In this document: positions 1 through 10,994 of the stretch, one piece after another
Layout: every line of letters starts with the position of its first letter
Position numbering within the stretch: position 1 is the stretch's first letter
DNA from: Oopsacas minuta
Lineage: Eukaryota > Animalia > Porifera
Assembly (NCBI GenBank): GCA_024704765.1
Contig: JAKMXF010000332.1
Location: 218,619 to 282,618, forward strand
Length of the DNA: 64,000 nt
Direction of reading: 5' to 3'
Position numbers and translations under genes: made by a program
Notes under the pieces: generated by a model
Databases searched by the model: none
Told to the model about the DNA's origin: nothing
What the model saw: only the letters and a program-made list of their open reading frames with translations

Positions 1-48
1 CAAGTCCCTTTTCAGTCACATTTTGAAGAGCCTGAATTGACTTGATCA

Positions 49-860
49 TAAGCAATTACAAACTGTCTCCCCCTTATCTTGGATAAGGGGCCATCTAATT
101 CCAAAACAAGTCGCATTTCTGACCAAATTTTGAGGTAGTCTGCAGTGGCGTAGCTGGGTATTTGTTTACGGTTGTGTACTATGGTCCGGGTAATGGTGAA
201 TTGTATTGGACAATTAAGTAATTAATTGTAAGGTAGCTCTACAAATTGATTGTATAATTGTTTCATTATCTGTCTCAAACAATTCAGAGATTAAATATAC
301 TAAATATGCGGTACAATTTTACTAATAATTCCTACGATAGTCAGAAATTATGCGAATGATGTATACTACCTTGGCTATGCCTCTGTGTTGTTGGAAATAG
401 ATACGATCGCTAGCAATTACAAACTGTGTCCCCTTACCTTGGATAAGGGGACATCAAATTACAAAAAGTCTCTTTGCTGACCAAATTTTGAGGTTGTCTG
501 CAGTGGCGTGGCTATGTATTGGTTTATGATTGTGCACTGTGGTCCGGGTAGTGGTGAATTGTATTGGAGGCATAGCAAAGGTGGTGCGCATCATTTGCAC
601 ATTTCAGACTAACGTAGGATGAAATGAGTAAAATGGTATCGGATATTCAATATATTTATCTCTGAATGGTGTGAGATAGATGTGAAACAATTGTACAATC
701 AATTTGTGGAGCTCCATGACAAATGACTATTTAATTACCTGTGTTGTCAGAAATCGATATAATTGCTATCAATTATAAACTATCTCCCCTTTACTTAGAT
801 AAGGGGACACAAAATTTCAAGACAAGCCCCTTACTTCGACAAATTTTGATGTTTTTCGGA
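49..860. repeat. Degenerate ~360-bp tandem repeat (about 2.3 units), each unit with a CCCCTTA..TAAGGGG hairpin
   Basis: The block 'gcaattacaaactgt.tcccctta..ttggataagggg...ctgaccaaattttgagg..gtctgcagtggcgt' recurs at about 51, 412 and (partially) 770. Hairpin stems are at 70-78/82-90 and 427-436/444-453. Confidence 0.85.
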
Positions 861-3487
861 AATCAGCTTGATCGCACAGCATGTTTCATAAGTTTACATC
901 AGTTCAAGCCATTACCGATCTATATAGTATGCGCCCATTAGGAAACATTCCTACTAGGTATGTTATAATTTTAACGCAAACATATTTTACTATAAAGTCT
1001 ATACATGTCTCTTAATCTATGAATTTTATCAATATATTCACTTTACGGATGGATAGAAGTCGTACAACATCCATGTCATTAGGAGCATGGATGCTGTACT
1101 ACTTCCGTACGTCTGTCCGTTCGAGGGATCCTTCAAAATATGTTAGTCATGATTGACATCAGATTTGGCACATTCCAAATTTTCCTAGAGATTAACCCAC
1201 CTGTTAGTCAGGGGTAATCGGGAACCTAAAATATCATTCAAATATTTCAAAAGCATAGACACGTTTTCCATATGACTAAACATATTTTCACATCTGAAGT
1301 TTATTATTGAATTGTAATGTGAATTGTTTCATATATTCGGAGCATCACTTAGGGTCATTCTTCAAAATTCTGTATATATCAAGTAGTATGTCTGTGTTCG
1401 TGTTTGTATATGTGTTTCATCACATCTCCTCGGAGATGGCTGGACCGTTGTTTTGCAGGATACACTTTGGTCACCTATTATGAATAAGGAGTATTTAGAG
1501 ATCGGATGATGTGATCAAAAGGTATGTGATTTTTTCAACACGTCTTTCAATCAAATCAATGCATTATATTTGATATTAAATTAGCCAATCATATTATACT
1601 TTGTATTTTGCTGAATCACCGAGCATAACAGCATACTAACCCATTGGGATACAGTTTCTACAGGTTATTCACAATAGATTGTAGCTGTCCAATATAATAT
1701 CCGCCGTTGCGCTACTAAACAAATCAGATTTGTTGTTGTACACGTGGTTACATACACCTTATAACATGTCCTGATATTGTTACTATCGTGGGGGTCCGCG
1801 ATACAAAGGTAGTTCATTTAAATGAGGTATAATGAATGTTAGGGGAGGCTTCGGTATTTCAGCTATCAATATCAATTTTCGGAGTAAGGCTCGGACCCTA
1901 AAAGTAATTTAGGGAGGGTAAATTATCAAATTCTTTATACACTGAGATTTTATCGTTCGCATAGTAATTGTGAACAAAAATAATTTCGGCACAGTAAATG
2001 AGCTCAAGATTCTTCACCAAGTATATTTATTAATCAAGCGACTACTCATATATGGCCTATTATAGCTATAAGTGATGATCTTGCTATTCACATATAAATG
2101 GGAAAAATACTGGAAGAATTCACAAATTTTATTCCAATATGTTAGGAGCTAATTTATTCCTGAAGATTTATGAAAAATAAAATGCAAAAATTGGACAACT
2201 TTAGGTATTTGAAGAATATTAGATTATTTCCAGATTTAATAATTGAAATTTGAGTGAAGACAAAATGAAGCGCCGTTACTGGTGCGCGCTCCTCAATTAT
2301 ATGAGCGACTCTCCAGTTTCGTTTCCTTATTTCACGAAAGAGCGACTCCAGCCTCCGCTCCTCAAAGTTTGACCGTGGACCTAGAGCGCGTTCTTCTAAT
2401 GCTCTGCATATATGGACCACCATACGTAGACTTTGTGTCTTATACTGCCAGTATACGACACAAACTGTCCGAACGTGAAGATTATGAGAGGAAACAGATA
2501 CTCTTGGGCTCAACTTAGCGATTGCAAAACTAGTACCAGAAGCAATACTAAAATTTCCACCTGTTCTTTCAACGAGAGGAGATTCATGCCAGAGGGAAAG
2601 CCATTGCAGAGAACGGATGGGTATACTAACATACTATCTAAAACGGAGGTGACTGATGATAAAATAGGTAGAATACCCCTCAGTAGATAATATGGAAAGT
2701 GTTCCTTTAGCTAAACAGAAAGGGAAGCGTACATCCCTCGTACGAAAAGAGCCAAATAGAATGGGCGAATGATCATAGTCCTCATGGGATTCGGTAATCT
2801 GAATACAAATTATAAGAGAATACATATACAGCAATGTAGGATGGCTTCAATAAAAATCCCTATCCAACATCTACCGATGAGCAGCACCATTAGTGAGGTA
2901 TAAATGCCCGAATCAATTCTAATAGATTTTTGTTTAACTAATCAGATGAAAAGTCAGGTCAACAACTCCAGCGACTCAAAAAAACAATGTCCCTTGTCCT
3001 GACACACGTCCAAGGCGAGAAAACAAGAAATACACCCTATTGTGTGCTATTGAGAAAGATCATAGGTGTTACCGTTGATCACAGTCTTCTCGAATAAAAC
3101 TTATCTGAGATGGCCCTACCAATCTCAATTTTGAATCTATACATGTGCTATAACTGGTATTCAGTTGTTTATAACGAAGAACTAATTCGATTTTTCGTCT
3201 GCTCACTTTGTTTTTGGCACTACTTAACTGGTGTATCAGGAATTAGAGAAAAATTGAGGCGTGGAGTCGAAGGTGATGGTATGTCTGATAGACTTGAAGA
3301 ATGGTCACTATACCAGAATTCCAGATCAATGTTTTTTGAAATGTCTTCTGAAATAGGAGCTTCATCCCTATCAGATGATACAATAGCATATTTAATGCTG
3401 GTTCAGTTTTCTTCTCTGGACTTGCATGTGATGATCTATCACCAAAGCTGTCTTTCTCGAAATTCTTCTCTTCAGAATCTCGGGTTT

Positions 3488-3987
3488 TTATGTATCTAAT
3501 ACACTTAATAAGCATTCGCGATTACTTTTCCTTACATTACAGAATGGGGTATGCCTTGGCCACCATTTAGGTTGTTTCTGGCTCTTTAAGTTTCGTTTTC
3601 TTCCTAAACGAGTAAAATGGTAAACCCAGAGAATACGTAGTACAAATAATTGGGCAATTAAATACGTATTACCAAACTTACAGATTGCTGTGTTATCCAA
3701 CCGACCATCCGCCGAAGTGTTGAGGCATTCAATCTGTGATAGTTTTTTGTGGATAATTCTGCAAAATCTCTATCAATTTCTTGTTTTACTAATGGACTTG
3801 CCTGGCTAGGTATGCCATATTTCGCTCTTAATTTTCCAGTACACTGCTTGAATGAATATCCCCCAATGACATTCATTTTTCCATTCCAGGTGGATGTTGC
3901 ACCTATTGCTTCGTCAGTAACCTCAGTAAATACATCTAGAGCACTTTGAAGGTGTTGTCTAGCATTTGCTTTAGTGACTCGTGGCAT
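3488..3987 (-). pseudogene. ORF fragments resembling the NRF1/Erect-wing-type DNA-binding domain
   Basis: 3658-3987 ends '...RLNASTLRRMVGWITQQS'. 3488-3700 contains 'GRKRNLKSQKQPKWWPRHTPFCNVRKSNRECLLSVLDT', which resembles the NRF1 DBD signature KPxWWPxxxPWxNVR as I recall it. The two pieces are in different frames, and the AT-rich stretch between them contains GTAAGT...TTTAG, so an intron or a frameshift is needed to join them. Confidence 0.4.
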
Positions 3988-4199
3988 TGATAAATTAGTA
4001 TAAAATTGGAGTGCGATTCGTAAGTTAGTAATTATTATTCCTCCTGTGGATATTTTACTCGCATATATATATATATTATTGATCCTCCTACGAACATGCT
4101 CTAGATCTGTGTAAATTTATATGAGCATGCTCTGTTAACTTTTGGTTACCTTGAATTTGAAGAAGGAATAAGCTCTTAAATATTCAATACCATTTATTC

Positions 4200-5240
4200 T
4201 TTTTGAGATCATTCTTTGACTATATGCGCAGGTTCAAGATCACTACAATTTAGAATGATGGACTATCGAAACATTATATGCATCTTTAATGCTCTAGGTG
4301 AAAATCATTTTTCAATTTCTCAAAATTGAACCACCATATATCTAGTGAGTTGGAATCAGGTAAATCACAATCAACACTATATTCTAGACTATTAGCTATT
4401 TCGAGGTTTGTTGAATACTTAAAAATATATCGTCCCAATCTTCTACCTAATGAAAGCAAATTGCAGTTATTGATATCCACTATCAAAGGTATGATAGTTT
4501 CATTAACCAATTACAGAAAAAAAGACGGAAAGTGATATTTACAAAGAGTCGAAAGGAATTTAGTGACACTACTAAAGTTCTTAAGATGTGGCGTGAGCAA
4601 CGTAAAACTTACAATTCCTTGTTTCTTTTCGAGAGTTATACCGGAAACGATGATATAAATGTATCACAAGATGACTATTTAAAGATGCGAAACTTTTTGA
4701 TGACAGAGTTAATTATCCCAAATGGACTTAGACCGGGTGTTATTACTGGAGTCATTATTGAGGAAATAGAATCAGCAGAATTTGAAATTACTGAACAGGG
4801 TTATCATAAGATTATTGTTACAAATCATAAAACTGGAAATATTCAGCCAGCCACTTTATTTGTATACCCTGAAATTTTTCGTTCGCTTGATATCTTCGTG
4901 CATATAATTTTGTATAAACTTCCTTGTTATCTGTCTAATACCATTCAATTATCAAAAGAATCTTTTGTTTTCCAGACTTATATGGGTCAACCAATACCAT
5001 CGCCCAAAATCACTCTGATATTGAGGAATTTTCTCTCTCAAATGGGTATTTCTTTTACTGGTACATTAACTGATATTAAAAAAGCTACGGCTACATAAAT
5101 TGCGAAATTTGATCCCCAAATGAACGATGTGATGTCTTTGTTTCTTAGCCACAGTAGAAAGGCCCACGACAAGTACTAAGTGATGAATGTTGGACATGAT
5201 GGGCTAGGTGAAGCTTTTAAAAGTCTTGAGAATTATCAAT
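4200..5240 (+). pseudogene. Tyrosine recombinase (Crypton-like) pseudogene
   Basis: The N-terminal helical piece is 'SQSTLYSRLLAISRFVEYLK' (4326-4535). After a frameshift come the catalytic-domain motifs NGLRPG (R), IVTNHKTG (K) and FVFQTYMGQP, then TDIKKATAT*, where the second catalytic Arg position reads K. Reading through the stop at 5096-5098 gives LFLSHSRKAHDKY* (H, Y). Confidence 0.7.
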
Positions 5241-5814
5241 CTGATCCTGATCATTTGAATTATTGTAGCACTACTGTAGAATCTGGGAATCTATCTCTAC
5301 TAGAAGATTCAGAGTTAATTAATGGACTATCAGAATGTTCTTCAGTACTTCTGATCATACCTCAACTCCCCTTAAAGATTTGTACTCTAAGACTATTGAA
5401 GTAACTCAATCGCACAATATTATTCTCCGTGATTTCCATTGCTCTGATAAAGATCTTCTGCCTACTACTACAGAACTTGAAGATTTTGTTCCAATTATAC
5501 CTGAGATGCAATCAACTAACTTAAGTTCATCTCGTGTATCAAATTCTCCTCTCTCGGAATAATTGATATTTCCAGATTTTTCACAGGAGACCAACACACT
5601 TATAACAGCGGGTCCTATTCCAACGCACTGCTCATCGGATTACCATTCATACAGAATCAAACAAGATCATGTTGTATGATTGCTGCATTGAATGATTTGG
5701 TGTGCAATTGGTGTACAAACGGAACGTTTAAAACGCGGCGAAACACTTCTTCCAACTGTATACAATTCATGCTGAGAGAAGATATTTATTCCTCGGATTC
5801 CGTTATTCCTGCGT

Positions 5815-6480
5815 TTATGCTTTGACTACATATAAGAGTGATTCCAGCCATATTACTGTCCTGAGGAAATTATTAGAAAATCGAATGATAGTAATGTTGG
5901 ATTTTGTAAAATGTGCCATAAATGCTTTTGAAGAAAATGTTATTGTGGCCATATCAGATTGTTTCTTATATTTCTCGCAAAACATCCCCACAAAAGATTC
6001 TATCTCTTGGGCTAGCATCCAAATGCAAGAATGATAAGGCCTGTGCTTTGAAATTAAAGATGCATCCGAGTCTGACTTTCATTCCAGAACACGAATTGCC
6101 TCATGTATTTGTGTTAATGCAGTACTTTCCCTAGCCAGCTCGTGAAACAAGTATATTGGTAAAATAATGGGCAATCACACCAGAAAAAATCTACCAGTTC
6201 CAAATTCAGATATTGAACAGGTACGAGAGGATAAGCACAAAACTGGCTAAAATAAATAACTCAGTCGAAGGATGGCACAATGCAATCAAATAAAGGATAT
6301 CTTCCCTACACCAATCTCAAGTTAATTTCAAAATATTCCTACAAAGAGAACAAACGTTTCAGGAAGCAAATGTCGCAGAGTGGGAAGCAGGGACTGTCAT
6401 TGCAAATCGAAGGAGTGTCACTCGTGCAGAATGGCTATTACACATTGTTATGGGTTATTAAAATAGAGATCCTGTTGATT
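5815..6480 (+). pseudogene. MULE (Mutator) transposase C-terminal remnant
   Basis: Fragments DFVKCAINAFEENV..SDCFLYFSQN (cf. DFExAxxNA...GCxFHFxQ), SLTFIPEHEL, and NNSVEGWHNAIK at about 6255-6290. Many stops and frameshifts. Confidence 0.8.
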
Positions 6481-7109
6481 TCTCGAGAGGAGCTAGCTAC
6501 AATTTGGATTATGACAACACAACCAATCATTAATATCAGCATAGTTTGTTTAAAGCTTTTACAATTATTCTTATCACTTATTATCTCTATAATCAGTTCG
6601 AAAGATGTTAAGAATAAGGCCAAATAGGTTTATCAAGTATAATATAATATATACGCAAATACGCGCACTATCTCCTGTATCAATATGAGAAAAATTAGTG
6701 GTTATCAAATATCTAAGAATGTGGATAATATATATATTACAAAGAAAAAAGTTGTTGCAGTGTTGATAAAGGTAGCACTAGATGACAATCGGGGTTTAGG
6801 ATTGAAATATTATTCTGAGGAAAACCCCCAGACTCCCTCTAATACAATCGCTCACTACGTTCGCTCTTTTACAAATCCTGGATTCGCAAATGATACCCCA
6901 GATATGCTCGGACCGACGGGGACAAAATAAACATCTGAGTAAGTGATAGGAAATGCCTTTTTGATCAACAGAATACTTCAACACAATATTTAATCTGTAC
7001 TTAATTACATAAAAGGAATAATATTATTTCTAAGGTGTATTTCAGGCCGGGCGCCACAGTGGGTGTCCTGCTATCTGAACACACAACCACGAAAAATTTA
7101 GCATTTCCT

Positions 7110-7380
7110 TATATAGCAAGGCGTTGTAGACACTGTGAGCTCCCAATTGCACCAACTGGTAGTTGGCCATACATTAAATGTTCCGTTTGTGCATTAGATA
7201 CCCAAAAAGCAACATTTATGTCCGGTAAGCAACATATATTTCCTAATAGTACTTGAAATCTTCCGATAGCACAGTATATTCCAAAGGTAAGGCACCATAA
7301 AAGTCCCGCCAGCACTTTGATGTCCGGTTATCACATTAAATGTCCCAATAGCACCATTAGTGTCCTGTTATAACTTTTTA
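7110..7380. repeat. Degenerate ~20-bp tandem repeat (TGTCCNRTAGCAC-like); related copies at about 7822-7885
   Basis: Examples: tgtccggttatcacattaaa|tgtcccaatagcaccattag|tgtcctgttataac, and tgtcccaattgcatctta|tgtcccaatcgcacataata. Confidence 0.55.
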
Positions 7381-9379
7381 TATCCCGATATTAGGGATTG
7401 ACTTGCCTACGGGGAAGAACGGGAGATCTTCCGGTGGGTCGATGGGCCAGTGAGCTGCTTATAAACCATTCTGTGCAGTGCAAGAATTTCTCAAAACACC
7501 ATAGAACTGTCAAAAGACGATAAATATTATGGGAGTATTTCAAGGTCTGCTATTATCATGATCATTCTGCCCATTTCCTATTGTCAATATATTACGGTAA
7601 TCTAATTCTCCAAAATATATTTACTCCTTATCTTGCTGCCTGGGCTACATTAGAGGTCGCAATCTCGGCGTTTCTTGCCTTCTAATTAGAACGTGTTAGA
7701 GAATATATTTTGATAGGGCAAGACATTTTGACACCTATCACATCGAGTTTCTAGAGATATCATTTAGATATTACAATTTATCACATTCTATACACATGAT
7801 AAAACTAATCTCTAGCTCTTACTATGTCCCAATTGCATCTTATGTCCCAATCGCACATAATATGTCAAGATATCACCTTATATGTCTCATTAGGCCCTTA
7901 AATTTCATAAAAACTTCAATACTTAGTCTAAGGCAACCCTCGTTGGACGAAGTACCCCTTTTTACAGTATGTAATATGCGACAAAGTGTAAAAAGATAAT
8001 AATTCGAAATTTGAAAAAGATTATATGATCCAATTATCAGAAAATTTTAGCATGTAACTATTAATGTAGGAAATGTAAATATTTCAATTTAAGCGCTAAG
8101 AACGGCCAACTGTGTCGACCTTGTCAATAATCTTGCACAAAGGTATCCCTAAGGTACATACCTTTTTGATCATCTTTGTATTCACAATGTGTTCTGGATA
8201 ACTTTCATATAGTACTGAAAGAATTGGAGAGAACTAATGGCATGTGTGAGCTCGTTCCAAAATATCGCTCTTAGATACATTGACTTTGCTAGCTAGATGC
8301 GAAATTAATTCAGAAAAACATCTTTAAAAATATTCTCATCATTCTGGTTCTAAATATGCTTCTTGGATGGGCTTTTCGTAATTCCATTTTAGAATATGGA
8401 CTACGACGATTTTCTTTACAGAAATAATTATTCGATTCACACATAAGTGAAAAGGCTTCATCTTGATTCCCATGTCAATCTTGTTCAGATTATGCTCACA
8501 TTTCAAAGAGGTAGATTCATGGACAGATGATTCAATAGATAAATTAAATGCAGAATCACTAGATTCACAGCTTAGTAATCAAAATACTACGGTTTAGAAT
8601 GGGAAATGGATAAATTTCCATGCAAGAAATTTCATGAAATCCATATATTTTAATTCAATCCGTTTTTCCAGACAAATTATATTGCATATATTGTTTATTG
8701 CATAAATGCATTTTAATTTAAGAGTACAAGGCACTAACCCAAGGCCTTCTTAAGTCAAGTACATGATAAGGGAGTTCTACTGTAGTAACCAGCTTAGGCA
8801 TCGCATAACAGTTGTGGAATTTACAGGGTAAAGGGGGCAATTGCCCAACCAGTCACCAAAATGTCATTATTCTCGTATAAAATGACATGGGGTTATATAA
8901 ATATTAGAACTAAATTGTTGTTACAAATGTGATAAAAATAGCACTTGATGGATATTCGGGTGTTAGGTATTGAAATTTTACAAGGGGTAGACCCCCCAAC
9001 AGGGGTGTCCCTGGGGGGTAGTTATTCTCCACCCATTTTTGAGCATGAAATATTCTTACTAATAGGCTTTTGACATTTTCTATACTTTTGATATTTCCTC
9101 TTCTACAGACTAAATATAACATTTCTTCATTCAATTTAAACTTTTAAATACTTGGAAAATTATTCTAACTTTCTTGATTTTTCCCTTTTTATTTCCACAA
9201 AATTTTTCAAAAATTCCATTATTCCTAAATTAGAAGAGGCCGCAAAAATACAGATAACATCAGATAGCTCAGAATTTTTCAATAGTTATTCAATTATGTA
9301 ATATATTTGACATACTAAACTATCTAAATGCGCTTTTATGAAAATAAAGTTAAGTTAATATTTACCATTTTGAACAATT

Positions 9380-10089
9380 TAGGTAGTTTAATCTTTTTAT
9401 ATATCATCTTCATAACAATAAACTGAGTTGGTCTACAAACTCTCCAGCTATTAAAGAATCCATGAAGTTATTCAATCCCTTATTCAGGAAAAAACTGGTT
9501 TGAAAGTTGACCTACCTGTTCCCAGCGGCGGAACGACTTCTACAGGGAATGTTGCTCGAGGAGCCTTTTCTGACGACACTGGTACCTCAAATGTGTATTA
9601 TCTACAATTGGAATTTACCATCGACCAACTTTAACGAAATCCATACGTGAGATTAGCCTCCCAGAGCGATCCTATTTCTATAAGCTTTCGGCGAAGTTTA
9701 ACTTGTGAAATATGTGGCCAATCTGGTCATTCATCGAGATCAAAATGTTGTGAATCAGATAATATCCAATACCCATCCGATATAGATGCTCTATTCGCTT
9801 TCTTAACCAGTTCCTCATAGTTGCTATACTTGTACTTAGATAAATAGTTATGTATTCATCTGTACACATGATTTTTGTGTTTTATGAATTAATTATTACC
9901 AACCATATTTTGAATAAATTTTATGCACTCTAATGACGTAATATCAAGAAAAATGGATGTCTTAGAAGAAAATTAACATCCGCAATAGACTCGTAGATAT
10001 CGATAATAAATATGCAAATAATACATTATACAATGATAGGACTCATAAAATTACCTATTCCTTACCAAATGCCGTTTTAAACCACTGTG
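9380..10089 (+). mobile_element. Transib/RAG1-like transposon 3' remnant with a CACTGTG right terminus
   Basis: Translation gives EKTGLKVDLPVPSGGTTSTGNVARGAF (9487-9570; cf. Transib GxxVDxPxxxGxxNDGNTARRF) and QSDPISISFRRSLTCEICGQSGH...LTSSS* (9662-9820). A candidate terminal heptamer CACTGTG lies at 10083-10089. Confidence 0.7.
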
Positions 10090-10149
10090 CAATGATCATG
10101 AATCTAGGATTATGAATGTGGGACAATTATTATAATATACAAATAACTT

Positions 10150-10310
10150 ATATATAGCTCAGCTATACTATAGTACAGTTTTTGTGTGTTAGCTTTTCTA
10201 TCTTCAAGGAAAGGTCATTTTTCGGATTAATGAAAGTCACCTTTTGAATGAGGCCATGGGGTTTTTGTATTGCAAAAAAATGTACTATACTATAGTTCAG
10301 ATATATATAT
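10150..10310. repeat. ~150-bp MITE-like repeat with TATAGCTCAGCTATA-type ends; inverted copy at about 20530-20685 and a related end at about 63123
   Basis: The core 'tttttcggattaatgaaagtcacc..ttgaatgaggccat' is the reverse complement of 'atggcctcattcgaaatggtgactttcattaatccgaaaaa' at about 20578-20620. Confidence 0.7.
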
Positions 10311-10994
10311 GGAATCTCTATAATATATGTGTTTATATATTGCTAGAAAAGGATCCTCGACAGTTAACTGGGATGATTCTATTAGTGCATTATTGCAACA
10401 CTGAATAATTCTCGGGAACAAGTATATAATGGATGTATACTTTCCAACTTTTATAATTGACATTCCTAGATCCCATGGAAATATTTCCTTCATTTCTCAA
10501 GCACTTCGGCAGCAAAATTTTGCTCCCTCAATTTAATTTGTTATTCTAATGCCCCCAAGGTTGAAATTATGGAATATCCAATTAGCCAAAACTTATGTGA
10601 TTTGCATCCCAAAATACTTTCGCCTTGTTATCCCACTGCCACCAGACCCCTTCATACATTCGCTGGCGCGTTTCGCCTACCTTTTCTAAATTCTGGATCC
10701 GCCACTACATAAAGAATTATTTTATATGTAATTAAACCTCAATAATGCAAATACTTTGTTCTAAAATTTTTCAGATTATCTCTTCTCAGCCCCATGTAGC
10801 CCGATCTCTAGCTCCGCCGCTGATCAATATTCTTAAACGCGATTGATCTGTAAATGTGTACAGGGTGCGTTTTAAGTCCTGTCCTATAGCTAAATATCTT
10901 AAACTTCAATAAAACACTTGCTATAATTCTCAAACTTGTACTACTAATTAGAAATGCCAGTATCTTCATTTATACACACACAAGTTACTCAATA

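Noticed and set aside
2154-3080. Overlapping short ORFs in a moderately GC-rich stretch
   Set aside because: No motif was recognised on either strand, so no feature could be supported.
7055-8189. CACAGTG (7055) or CACAATG (8183) as the left end of the Transib remnant
   Set aside because: Neither has an extended TIR match or a flank matching the 5 bp after 10089.
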